A stretch of 64,000 bases of DNA from Bdellovibrionales bacterium (GTDB lineage: Bacteria; Bdellovibrionota; Bdellovibrionia; Bdellovibrionales; JAGQZY01): positions 1,056,001-1,120,000 of the forward strand of contig CAXRHT010000002.1 in assembly GCA_964230645.1 (NCBI GenBank). Direction: 5' to 3'. The position numbers were made by a program, and so were the translations under genes. Positions 39,693 to 48,500 of the stretch are shown piece after piece; the first letter of the stretch is position 1, and every line of letters begins with the position of its first letter. The notes beneath the pieces were generated by a model. It was not told the DNA's origin, did no database searches, and saw only the letters and a list, made by a program, of their open reading frames with translations.

Positions 39693-40853
39693 TTAGATGT
39701 AAACACCTTTTTTAATTTTATCCACAATGATCTTCTCACAAATTTGCGGATCTTGGGGATCAACCGAGTAAAGAGACTGCTGCTCGCAACGTCTTTTCTC
39801 TTTGATCAACCAGTTAAGGGTCTGAGCCACCTTCTTATTTTTCTTATCTTTAAAGAAGGGGTCATTTTTTAAGGCATCTTTGGCCTTTTTAAGAGAACGA
39901 GCCTCTTTAGCATCAGACTCTTTAACCTCATAGCAATGAAGGTCATATTTCTTGATGTCCTCAGGGAGCACTCCTAAGAACCTTACATCGGGCGCTGAGA
40001 AATCCTGGTTACGAATAAGGCTCGCTGCCGAACCGGCTTTCAATGTTCTATAAATATTCTGAAGGGTGTAAGCATCCAGATCTCCGAAAAAGAAAATGGG
40101 CACCTTCAATTGCGTCTGAATACTTTTCGTCCAAGCTCTTACAGCGTTGGAGGGAACACCTTGAGCACCCATCACGATACAATTATGACGCTTGGTCATT
40201 CCGTTGGCCACCAAGGTGTTGGCCGTACCTTCTGATTCCACCACAAGACAAAAATCAATTTTCTTTTTAGCTTTTAGTTTTAATGACTGCGGCCTGTTTT
40301 TAGGCTGGAAAGGACTTGTTCCCAGCATGCTCAAATCAATAGTTGCCGTGGTCTTATCAGGCATTGTTTCTGTGACCACAAGATGCTGAGAGTATGTCTG
40401 CCCTCCACGATCGTTGGCAAAGCAGTTCATCTCTTCCCGATAAACTTCCATGAGGTCACAAATGTAATCAATGATACCATCACTTTCAGACTGATCATCA
40501 AAATCGAGGGCTTTAAGCTCCTTGTTACTTTTCACCATACCTTTAGCAAGGTAGTAAATTTCACGTTTCGTGTTCACGTTACCAATATCAATATTACGCA
40601 GAAGGATTTCCATGAGGAAAGTCATTCGAGCCATCTTCTGTACTGAGGAAACGTTAAGTTCTGTTGAAACCCTTTTGTCACCAGGAGTTAGATAGCCCAC
40701 TTTTGGATTGTAAAAAGAGTTATCAAGAGCACATTTTACAGCCTGCAACTTGGGTCTTTTAGCAGACTCAAGATCTTTTAACATTTGGTTACAAATATCT
40801 TTGGCTTCTTTAGGAATATTCTTCGTTAATTTTCTCACTCGGATTAAAGACAC
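39693..40853 (-). CDS. top6A: DNA topoisomerase VI subunit A (Spo11 family)
   Basis: TKREIYY catalytic Tyr motif, VVESEG, TOPRIM GDLDAY. Confidence 0.88.
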   Translation of the reverse strand: MSLIRVRKLTKNIPKEAKDICNQMLKDLESAKRPKLQAVKCALDNSFYNPKVGYLTPGDKRVSTELNVSSVQKMARMTFLMEILLRNIDIGNVNTKREIYYLAKGMVKSNKELKALDFDDQSESDGIIDYICDLMEVYREEMNCFANDRGGQTYSQHLVVTETMPDKTTATIDLSMLGTSPFQPKNRPQSLKLKAKKKIDFCLVVESEGTANTLVANGMTKRHNCIVMGAQGVPSNAVRAWTKSIQTQLKVPIFFFGDLDAYTLQNIYRTLKAGSAASLIRNQDFSAPDVRFLGVLPEDIKKYDLHCYEVKESDAKEARSLKKAKDALKNDPFFKDKKNKKVAQTLNWLIKEKRRCEQQSLYSVDPQDPQICEKIIVDKIKKGVYI

Positions 40854-40865
40854 AGTGGATCTCCT

Positions 40866-42761
40866 CTACTTCTTTCTGGCTTTTTTCTTTTTGCTCGCTT
40901 TTTTCTTGGTGACCTTTTTCTTAGTGGTCTTCTTACTGGCTTTCTTTTTAGCGGCTTTTTTCTTGGTTACTTTCTTTTTTGTTGTTTTCTTTTTAGAGGC
41001 TTTTTTCTTGGTGCCTTTTCCACTTTTTTTTTCAGCCTCGGCTGCCAATTCGGCTTCCGCCTCCTCAATGGCCTCTTTGGCTTCTTGTTCCTCTAAAATC
41101 TCCTCAGGATCTTTCCCCGTAAAGGTTCCAATCCCTCGCGCTTTCATTTTCTCTTTGAGTTTTTTCAAACGAACATCAGCCTCATCAAGATCCTCTTTGG
41201 CGGCTTTTGAATCACGACCGAGAATCTTTTCTAGTCCTTGAACGGCTTTCTTTTTTCTCGCCTCAGAGGCGTTGGTGATTCGAGCCAAGGTCTCAACAAG
41301 AATCGGTCCAAACTGCTCGATGTGTTTGATTTTTCTTTCAAGATCAGCCGCTTTGTTTTCTCTTTTAATATGGCGAGAAAGTTTTTGCCCGGCTCTCATC
41401 ACCGCTAAGCGTATTTCTTCGACAAGCTCATCGGAAGCATCGATAGTCTCTTTTGATGCGTTTTTAAATTTAATAAAGGGCGACACCACTGAAATTGCGA
41501 AAATATAGGGCCCGGAGGGAAGACTGTTTTTGGATTGGCTTAAACCATAAGAACGCCAATTAACAGATTCCACCGCTTTGGTGATCGCACAAGAGCCTTT
41601 ATCAAACTGCAGAGGCACACGGTTGGCAAATCGTAAAAGTTGAACCGAGGAGTCTTCCTGCCCACGATCTAAAAAACGAGCCAATGCCACTTCAATCACA
41701 ACAGGCTTATGATCACAAATTTTAGGTTTTCTGGTGACCACACTAAAAAAGTCCACCGCACCAATTCTTAAGATTGATTTGGAAAGAGACTCCTCACCCA
41801 CTGTTAGTACAGAACGAGTGGAAGGATTAGGAAGTTTCGTGTCCTGGATCGCCTGAAAGGCTTTTTTGTAATTAACGTCTTTAATCTGATTGAGATTTTT
41901 ATTTAGGAGTTCTTTAGGAAGTCCGTTTTTAACAAACTCTTTAATGGAGTTGTCAGTCACTCGAGAAAATCCCGTCTTTAAAAACTTCTTGAAAGTAATG
42001 TTTCCGTAAATCCCTGAGTGAGTGATAAATTCCCCAAGTTTCATGGTGTGAGGATGGGGAAGAGTGGCCGCTGGCACCTTAGGAATATCATCAGACACTC
42101 GGCCAATAGAGACTTCATCGTTATCAAGGAGTTTATAGGAGAGCTCAAGATGGGGGTTTAAAAGAGTGGTTCCCTCAAGGTATGTGAGAACCCCACCGTC
42201 CCCATTGAGCTGAACGCGACCATCAATCCGGAAGGAGACATGCGTTCCATGGGGCTTTTTCCACTCAACCGTTTGCTTATTTTTAAAAAGGCCTTTGTTC
42301 CCTTTAATATCAACATCGACCTGCCCCTGAATAGCCTTACGCATTTTTTTGGTTTTACTACGAACCACCACTCCGGCGGCGTTTGTAAGCTGAGCCCATG
42401 TGGTGGCGGCTGAAATACCGATACCCTGTTGCCCCCTAGAAGCTCGCCCTCTTCCAAATTTAGAAGAGGCCAAATACTCTCCAAAAACTTTGGTGAGATC
42501 CCCTTGCTCAAGACCGGGGCCGTTGTCTTCCACAGATATTTCAATGAGGTCAGTGTTTCTAGCACTGCCTTTCCCCACCTTCTTCACTTCCACATGAATA
42601 CTTGGGGCAATATTGGCCTCTTCACAGGCGTCGAGCGAGTTATCAATGGCCTCTTTAAGAGTGGTCAGCACAGCTTTAGTGGGTGAAGAAAACCCAACTT
42701 GCTGCAAGTTTTTAGCAAAATATTCCGCGGTACTACTGGAAGTAATTTTCGATTTAGCCAA
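40866..42761 (-). CDS. top6B: DNA topoisomerase VI subunit B with Lys-rich C-terminal tail
   Basis: GHKL motifs KEAIDNSLDA, EDNGPG, SRGQQGIG; RFANRVPL transducer; TTG start with GAGGAG RBS. Confidence 0.92.
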   Translation of the reverse strand: MAKSKITSSSTAEYFAKNLQQVGFSSPTKAVLTTLKEAIDNSLDACEEANIAPSIHVEVKKVGKGSARNTDLIEISVEDNGPGLEQGDLTKVFGEYLASSKFGRGRASRGQQGIGISAATTWAQLTNAAGVVVRSKTKKMRKAIQGQVDVDIKGNKGLFKNKQTVEWKKPHGTHVSFRIDGRVQLNGDGGVLTYLEGTTLLNPHLELSYKLLDNDEVSIGRVSDDIPKVPAATLPHPHTMKLGEFITHSGIYGNITFKKFLKTGFSRVTDNSIKEFVKNGLPKELLNKNLNQIKDVNYKKAFQAIQDTKLPNPSTRSVLTVGEESLSKSILRIGAVDFFSVVTRKPKICDHKPVVIEVALARFLDRGQEDSSVQLLRFANRVPLQFDKGSCAITKAVESVNWRSYGLSQSKNSLPSGPYIFAISVVSPFIKFKNASKETIDASDELVEEIRLAVMRAGQKLSRHIKRENKAADLERKIKHIEQFGPILVETLARITNASEARKKKAVQGLEKILGRDSKAAKEDLDEADVRLKKLKEKMKARGIGTFTGKDPEEILEEQEAKEAIEEAEAELAAEAEKKSGKGTKKKASKKKTTKKKVTKKKAAKKKASKKTTKKKVTKKKASKKKKARKK

Positions 42762-43098
42762 CTTTAGCGCTCCTCATGTTGAATCAGAATTAATGAGTTT
42801 TATTGAACTCTCACTCTAAAAAAATGTTCAATTTTATCTTCAAGTGAGAATCAATTAGACCCAATAAGCCGGAATCGTTGGACTAATATTAACAATAAGA
42901 TTTTATGGAAGTCTAGAGTCGGACTTTCCAATGGCCCATTCCCGCTTAAAAGCTATACAGCTGCAAACTCCCAGATGTGGCCTGTAACAGCCCTCTGAGC
43001 CCTTAGATCCGCCCTCATCCTAATAGAGTTCGGCTATAATTTTTTAGTAATTGGTTATTATTTAAGCTTTGAAGACCCGAAAAATGATGCCTTCAAAC

Positions 43099-43389
43099 TC
43101 AGCGGTCCTGATCCTCATCGAGGAGGACCATCTCAGCCGGTGTGAAATATTTTTTTTCACTGTTACAAGGCTTACAAGCCACCACCACATTGCCTTTTGT
43201 GGTTTTACCCCCTCTGGAAAGAGGGGTTTTATGGTCCATCGTTAGATCCTTTTTTGCAAACTTCTGCTCGCAATAGTAGCAAAGTCCAAGCCCCAATTTC
43301 TGCTTCCACCACTGGGATTTACGCAGCTCTTTGGCTTTATTTCGCTCTTTCTTGATTTCTTTGTCAGAAACAAATCCATGCACCATCAT
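43099..43389 (-). CDS. Small HNH endonuclease-family protein
   Basis: CYYC..LTMDHKTPLSRGG..NVVVACKPCN. Confidence 0.9.
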   Translation of the reverse strand: MMVHGFVSDKEIKKERNKAKELRKSQWWKQKLGLGLCYYCEQKFAKKDLTMDHKTPLSRGGKTTKGNVVVACKPCNSEKKYFTPAEMVLLDEDQDR

Positions 43390-43502
43390 GGTTTCTCTAT
43401 AGCCGATTTTGACTACATGCGCAATTCCCTTATTCGCCAGGCCCTCGATTTACTCTCCGATCGGTTTGATTTAGATTCCCTTTTAACCAAAAGGAAGGCC
43501 CA

Positions 43503-43748
43503 TTGACACCAGAACAAGTAAAACAGCGTTTGGAAGAGACTTACCCAGAATCTTTCGTGGACGTGACCGATATGACCGGCACCCATGACCACTACTCCGT
43601 TTATATCGCCTCCGACACATTTAAAGGCATGTCCCGAATCCAGCGGCACAAACATGTGATGGCCGCATTTGATAGCGAGTTGAAATCTGGAGAAGTGCAC
43701 GCGCTAACCATACGAACCGATGAAAAAAACAAAGAGGAGAATTCTTAA
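43503..43748 (+). CDS. bolA: BolA/IbaG family protein
   Basis: DHYSVYIASDTFKGMSRIQRHKHV..VHALTI. Confidence 0.9.
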   Translation: MTPEQVKQRLEETYPESFVDVTDMTGTHDHYSVYIASDTFKGMSRIQRHKHVMAAFDSELKSGEVHALTIRTDEKNKEENS

Positions 43749-43750
43749 TC

Positions 43751-44056
43751 ATGGAAACTAAAGAAAAAATTCAAAAAATGCTCGATGACAATAAAATCGT
43801 TCTTTTTATGAAGGGAAGTCCCGAGATGCCTCAGTGTGGTTTCTCCGCTAGAGCCGTGGCGATCCTTGCCGAACTCAATGCGACCTATCATTCCGTCGAC
43901 GTTTTGCAAGACCCCGAAATTCGCCAGGGCATCAAAGATTTCGGTCAGTGGCCCACTATTCCTCAGCTTTACGTTAACAAGGAGCTTTTAGGGGGCAGTG
44001 ACATTTTGATGGAAATGTTTGAATCCGGTGAATTAAAAACGGCCATCGAAAAATGA
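43751..44056 (+). CDS. grxD: Monothiol glutaredoxin Grx4
   Basis: LFMKG..PQCGFS, WPTIPQLYV, GGSDI. Confidence 0.95.
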   Translation: METKEKIQKMLDDNKIVLFMKGSPEMPQCGFSARAVAILAELNATYHSVDVLQDPEIRQGIKDFGQWPTIPQLYVNKELLGGSDILMEMFESGELKTAIEK

Positions 44057-44226
44057 AAAAAAACCTCTCCCGAGTCGAAGCCATTCTTCGACTCCTTGTA
44101 GGAAGTTTCCTATTTTATTTATTTATCGTCGGAGGGCCCACCTGGACCCTTCTCGGCCTTTACCTAATGATCACAGGCTCTTTTCGCTTTTGCCTCATTT
44201 TTTACTACCTCTCTTTTAAAATCTGA
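44053..44226 (+). CDS. DUF2892/YgaP-like small membrane protein, 57 aa (missed by ORF track)
   Basis: MKKNLSRVEAILRLLVG...LMITGSFRFCLIFYYL; ATGA overlap with the grxD stop. Confidence 0.7.
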   Translation: MKKNLSRVEAILRLLVGSFLFYLFIVGGPTWTLLGLYLMITGSFRFCLIFYYLSFKI

Positions 44227-44307
44227 TTTTTTCGTCTTACTTTTTTACAGGACCTTGATCCTAAAAGGCCTCCTGGTAAGGTTTCGCTTCTAAATCCATA
44301 AATTACT

Positions 44308-44334
44308 TAAAACCCCTTCCCATTATGCCGATGA
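44308..44334 (+). promoter_or_regulatory. Sigma28 (FliA)-type promoter
   Basis: TAAA-N15-GCCGATGA, 17 bp before the ATG at 44352. Confidence 0.75.
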
Positions 44335-44351
44335 GTCTTCTGAGGTAAGGT

Positions 44352-45035
44352 ATGAAGTTTTTAGTCGTGGATGATGATCCCGCCATATTAAAAATTACTA
44401 AAAAGTTTTTAGAACTTAACCAGCATGAGGTGGAGTGTTGTGAAAATGCTTTAGATGCTATCCAAGAATTGGGAAACCTCAGTTTTGACATCCTTATTAC
44501 CGATGCCACAATGCCAGCCTTTAGTGGCTTTGATCTTATTCGCTCGGTACGAAAAACTCCTGAGCTCCATTATCTAAGTATCGCCATGCTGACCGGACGC
44601 AGTGAAAAAAGTGACATTGAACAAGCTCTTGAACTCGGAGTTCAAGACTACATCGTCAAACCCATTGATCCTGAAGTCTTTATGGAAAAAGTGGATAAGC
44701 TTGTTGAAAGACATAAACTCAAAAAAGCTCAGAAACCTGTGGCGAAAAATTACAACGCCGAAATGTCTGTTCCCGTTGAAGTCAAACGAATCACAGATAT
44801 AGGTTTGAGCATTGAAAGCCCCTATCCTTTAGAGAAGGGAACAATCGTCACCTTAAATCTTGATGAGCTGCAAAATGAGGGGCTGATGCAAAACCAATTC
44901 AAAGCGATCTTTAATAGCGAATCCAGCAAGTCCGGGAAAGTCTTAACCGAACTTCTTTTATTAAACCTCTCCGAGAAAGATCAGAAAACCCTCAGCAAAG
45001 TTGCAAAAAACTGGGACAAACAAAAGGCCGCATAA
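44352..45035 (+). CDS. Response regulator (REC + PilZ-like C-terminal domain)
   Basis: LVVDDD, ITDATMPAFSG, MLTG, YIVKP; C-terminal ITDIGLSI..GTIVTL..NLSE; ends QKAA. Confidence 0.85.
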   Translation: MKFLVVDDDPAILKITKKFLELNQHEVECCENALDAIQELGNLSFDILITDATMPAFSGFDLIRSVRKTPELHYLSIAMLTGRSEKSDIEQALELGVQDYIVKPIDPEVFMEKVDKLVERHKLKKAQKPVAKNYNAEMSVPVEVKRITDIGLSIESPYPLEKGTIVTLNLDELQNEGLMQNQFKAIFNSESSKSGKVLTELLLLNLSEKDQKTLSKVAKNWDKQKAA

Positions 45036-45404
45036 ATGAAAATACTCCTCGCAGAAGATGACCTCAACATTGTGAAAATCGCCCAGATGATTCTTGAGAA
45101 AGTGGGAGGCCACCAGGTGGACGTGGCCAATGACGGCGGAGAGGCTCTTGATAAAGGCCTAAACAATTACTACGACTTGATTATTCTTGACGGAATGATG
45201 CCGGTGCGACCAGGACTTGAAGTTTGTAAATTGTATTTTGAGCAAAAGCAGGGAGAAAAGGCGAGAATTATTTTCCTCAGTGCAAAGTCCTCTCAAAAAG
45301 ACATCAATGAATTCTTAAGCCTTGGCTCAGGATATATACAAAAACCATTTGAACCGCAAAATCTCTGTAACCTCATCGACGAAATTCTGCAAAAGGCCGC
45401 ATAG
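45036..45404 (+). CDS. Single-domain response regulator
   Basis: LLAEDD, LDGMMP, FLSA, YIQKPF; ends QKAA. Confidence 0.9.
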   Translation: MKILLAEDDLNIVKIAQMILEKVGGHQVDVANDGGEALDKGLNNYYDLIILDGMMPVRPGLEVCKLYFEQKQGEKARIIFLSAKSSQKDINEFLSLGSGYIQKPFEPQNLCNLIDEILQKAA

Positions 45405-46762
45405 TGAAGACGATCAAAGCCAAAATTAATTTAGTTATGTTCCTAATGCTTGGAACCGCTTTGAGTTTTGGCTATCTTGCCTATAAGAACAATCAAAAAC
45501 TTGAAACCGTACAACAACGAGTTTCAAAAAGTCTTCTTCTTCGCGATGAAGTTAAAGACCTTGACCCCATGGAAAGAAGTCCCAAGGTTCTTAATCATTT
45601 GAAAAGCTACAAAGAGGACCTAAATGAACCAGAGCGCTATGAGGCTTTGAGCAATCTGATCCAGGCCTATAACTCTAGCAACACCAAGCTTTTTGATCGC
45701 AGAACAGCAGAGTTTGAAAAAATTGAACAAAAGTTTTTTAAAGTCTCTCAGTGGGTGATCCAGAAATACAAAAAAGAAGTGCAGTTCTACATTTTACTTG
45801 GAACTATTCTTCCCCTTCTGGGCCTTTGTGGATTGATTTACTACTTCAATTATGGAGTTCTCTCTCCCCTGCAAACTCTGTCCAATCGCATGATGGAGTT
45901 TTTGATTGATCAATACACTTTTCGATTTTCAAGCCCTCCTAACAACGAAATTGGAAATTTGGAGAGAACTTTTAATTCCCTGGCCCAAAAAGTCCTTAAC
46001 AATATGGACGAACTCTTAGCCTTGGACCGAGCGAAATCAGAATTCGTAAGTATAGCTAGTCATGAGCTAAGAACTCCACTGACTTCGATTAAAGGCTCCC
46101 TTGGATTATTAAGTAATGAAATTGTGGGTACACTTGATAAAGACGCCAAAGAGATGGTGATGGTAGCCGAGCACGAAACCGACCGCCTGGTTCGACTCAT
46201 TAACGATATGCTGGATTTAGCAAAAATTGAATCACGCTCCTTAACTCTTAAAAAAGAGTGGTCCTCTTTACCGGAACTTTTCCAGGCCACCACTCAAAGC
46301 TTGCATGGCTTTGCCGCTTCGGCGAACGTGCAGCTATCCACCGAATTTGCTCCTGAGTTAACTCACTGCGAAGTGGAAATGGACTCCGACCGTATTCAGC
46401 AAGTCCTAACCAACCTTATATCAAATGCGATAAAATATAGTCCTAAAGATGGCGTGGTGACTCTCCGAGCTCAACCTCTTAATAGTCAACAGCTTGAAAT
46501 CAGTATCACGGATCAAGGCCAGGGAATCTCTGATGAGAACCAGCGCCTTATTTTTGAGAAATTTCGTCAAGCCACAGACTCCTCCCACCCTCTCGTAAAA
46601 GGAACAGGACTGGGGCTTGCCATTTCAAAGGCCTTGGTTGAGGAACATGAAGGAAAAATTGGTGTTCGCTCTAAAGAAGGACAAGGTTCTAGCTTTTATT
46701 TTGTTTTACCCCAGTGGAGGAATCAGGATATCATTAACGAGACTGAGAAAAAGGCCGCATAA
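45404..46762 (+). CDS. Membrane HAMP sensor histidine kinase (non-hybrid)
   Basis: 2 TM, HAMP ([11 protein letters not shown]), [22 protein letters not shown]; ends KKAA. Confidence 0.92.
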   Translation: MKTIKAKINLVMFLMLGTALSFGYLAYKNNQKLETVQQRVSKSLLLRDEVKDLDPMERSPKVLNHLKSYKEDLNEPERYEALSNLIQAYNSSNTKLFDRRTAEFEKIEQKFFKVSQWVIQKYKKEVQFYILLGTILPLLGLCGLIYYFNYGVLSPLQTLSNRMMEFLIDQYTFRFSSPPNNEIGNLERTFNSLAQKVLNNMDELLALDRAKSEFVSIASHELRTPLTSIKGSLGLLSNEIVGTLDKDAKEMVMVAEHETDRLVRLINDMLDLAKIESRSLTLKKEWSSLPELFQATTQSLHGFAASANVQLSTEFAPELTHCEVEMDSDRIQQVLTNLISNAIKYSPKDGVVTLRAQPLNSQQLEISITDQGQGISDENQRLIFEKFRQATDSSHPLVKGTGLGLAISKALVEEHEGKIGVRSKEGQGSSFYFVLPQWRNQDIINETEKKAA

Positions 46763-47113
46763 GTGAACAAAGCCAATTACAGCGAAGTTATGAAAGAACT
46801 CAGACAAGAGTATCTTGAAGGCTTCGAAGAGAAATTCAAATTCTGGAACCAGTGTTTCGAAGATGAAAATTGGGACCAGTTGGAGCTAGAGTTTCATAAG
46901 ATGAAAGGCACCGGCTCCACCTACGGAGTGCCCGAAGTGTCTTTGCTTTGCCAGCACCTGGAGAGAATCTGTCGTCAGACAAAGCCTCTCCCCCGCCCCC
47001 TTCTTGACTCAGCCATCCGTATGCTCAGCGCCATCAAAGAAAAATACCTCCACGACCGAGAATATTCCCTGGGAGAAGACCCTGATTTTGAAAAAATCCA
47101 GAATCTTTCCTGA
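46763..47113 (+). CDS. Stand-alone Hpt phosphotransfer protein
   Basis: FHKMKGTGSTYG Hpt motif. Confidence 0.85.
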   Translation: MNKANYSEVMKELRQEYLEGFEEKFKFWNQCFEDENWDQLELEFHKMKGTGSTYGVPEVSLLCQHLERICRQTKPLPRPLLDSAIRMLSAIKEKYLHDREYSLGEDPDFEKIQNLS

Positions 47114-47155
47114 ATTGAGGTTTCTTTTTTTCCTTTAAACCGTTAAAACCGTAGG

Positions 47156-47896
47156 ATGAACAGTCCATATTCGAACTCTCAGCGTGATTACACCATCGAG
47201 CCAGGCTGTCCCTGGTATGATGCGCAACAGACCTATGGAGCACCCAACGTCAACTGGTGCGAACCCACTCAATGCGCCATGATCAATGAGCCGGCCAACA
47301 CTTGGAGTAATTTAGGCTTTATCTTTATAGCGATCGTTTTGGTAAGAAAGCTCCGAGTGGCTCCCATCTCCTGGTTCCCTTTGGCTGTTTTTACAATGGG
47401 AATTCTCTCAGGCGTTTACCACGCCTCGAACAATTACCTCACCCAGTTTCTTGATTTCGTGGGCATGTACTTAATGATGAGCTTTTTGCTCGCCTTTAAC
47501 TTTAACCGCGTCTTTCGTTTTTTCGGATTTAAATTCTTCACCGTCTATTGGTTTTTCGTATTCATAAACACCTCAGTCTTTATGATTTACGATATCTTAG
47601 ACATTCCTCCTCAACAAACGATGTTGATGAACGTTGTTCCCATCGTGGTCTTTGATCTTATGGCTGGTATTAGTGAGGGGTCTCTGCGCCGCTATAAGTA
47701 TTTTTTCCTAGCCGTGCTCTTTTTAGGAGTGGCTCAAGCTTGTGCTATTGCTGATATTCAAAGAATGTACTGTGACCCCAGTCACCCTTGGCTCCATGGC
47801 CATGTGCTATGGCATGTGCTTGCCAGTGTCGGAATGCTCTTTGCCGGACTCCATATGAAGCGCGTCCACAAAGGTGGCGAACGAATGTTCTTATAA
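47156..47896 (+). CDS. Alkaline ceramidase-like (CREST superfamily) membrane hydrolase
   Basis: NWCE, EPANTWSN, SGVYH (SxxxH), HVLWH (HxxxH) Zn ligands; about 7 TM. Confidence 0.75.
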   Translation: MNSPYSNSQRDYTIEPGCPWYDAQQTYGAPNVNWCEPTQCAMINEPANTWSNLGFIFIAIVLVRKLRVAPISWFPLAVFTMGILSGVYHASNNYLTQFLDFVGMYLMMSFLLAFNFNRVFRFFGFKFFTVYWFFVFINTSVFMIYDILDIPPQQTMLMNVVPIVVFDLMAGISEGSLRRYKYFFLAVLFLGVAQACAIADIQRMYCDPSHPWLHGHVLWHVLASVGMLFAGLHMKRVHKGGERMFL

Positions 47897-47987
47897 GGGG
47901 CTAGAGCTTCCCACTCAGGCCTCTCATTTGACTTGCCAAAAATGATCGTTCATGGTTTCGTGATCAAAAGTAAACAGTGAGTGTGAG

Positions 47988-48500
47988 ATGGACCCGATAA
48001 AAAATCAAACTGTCCTAAAATTTGTAGAATCCGTGGGAGATTTTATCGAGTACTGGGGATTTAAAAATGTCCATGGCCGCATTTGGGCCCTGGCCTTTCT
48101 TCACCCGGAACCTGTGGATGCCAATTACTTTAAAAATTCTCTAGGGATTTCAAAAGCTCTTACAAGCATGTCCATCCGTGAACTCTTAGAGTACGATGTT
48201 TTACTTGAGGTAAAAAAGTCTCGTCCGGAAACTCAAAAATACAGAGCCAATCCAGACATCACTCAAGTTATTATCAATGTTCTTAAAAAAAGAGAGTTAA
48301 AACTTCTTAAAGAAGTGAACAAGAATTTTCATAAAGTTCAAAAGCAAAAGTGTCCCCAAGTCTGCCCGGAGAGAGCTACTGATCTTAATAATATGATCGA
48401 TACGGCCGAGACAATTCTTACAACTATGGTGGGCCTTGGTCAGGTGGACTTTAATGAGGTGGGTGAAACCTTTAAGAATTCCGATTGGAATTCTCACTAG
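47988..48500 (+). CDS. GbsR/MarR-family transcriptional regulator
   Basis: YWGFKNVHGRIWAL..LGISKALTSMSIREL winged HTH. Confidence 0.8.
   Translation: MDPIKNQTVLKFVESVGDFIEYWGFKNVHGRIWALAFLHPEPVDANYFKNSLGISKALTSMSIRELLEYDVLLEVKKSRPETQKYRANPDITQVIINVLKKRELKLLKEVNKNFHKVQKQKCPQVCPERATDLNNMIDTAETILTTMVGLGQVDFNEVGETFKNSDWNSH

Noticed and set aside
40750..41241. 163-aa Phe/Leu-rich 'membrane protein' ORF on the plus strand
   Set aside because: Antisense shadow of the Lys-codon tail of top6B
42780..43090. Possible riboswitch upstream of top6B
   Set aside because: No recognisable aptamer consensus or convincing stem pattern by eye
43099..43389. HNH as homing endonuclease or defence system partnered with topo VI
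   Set aside because: Small stand-alone HNH among housekeeping genes, ~340 bp from top6B; no methylase, intron or other defence genes, so no link can be supported
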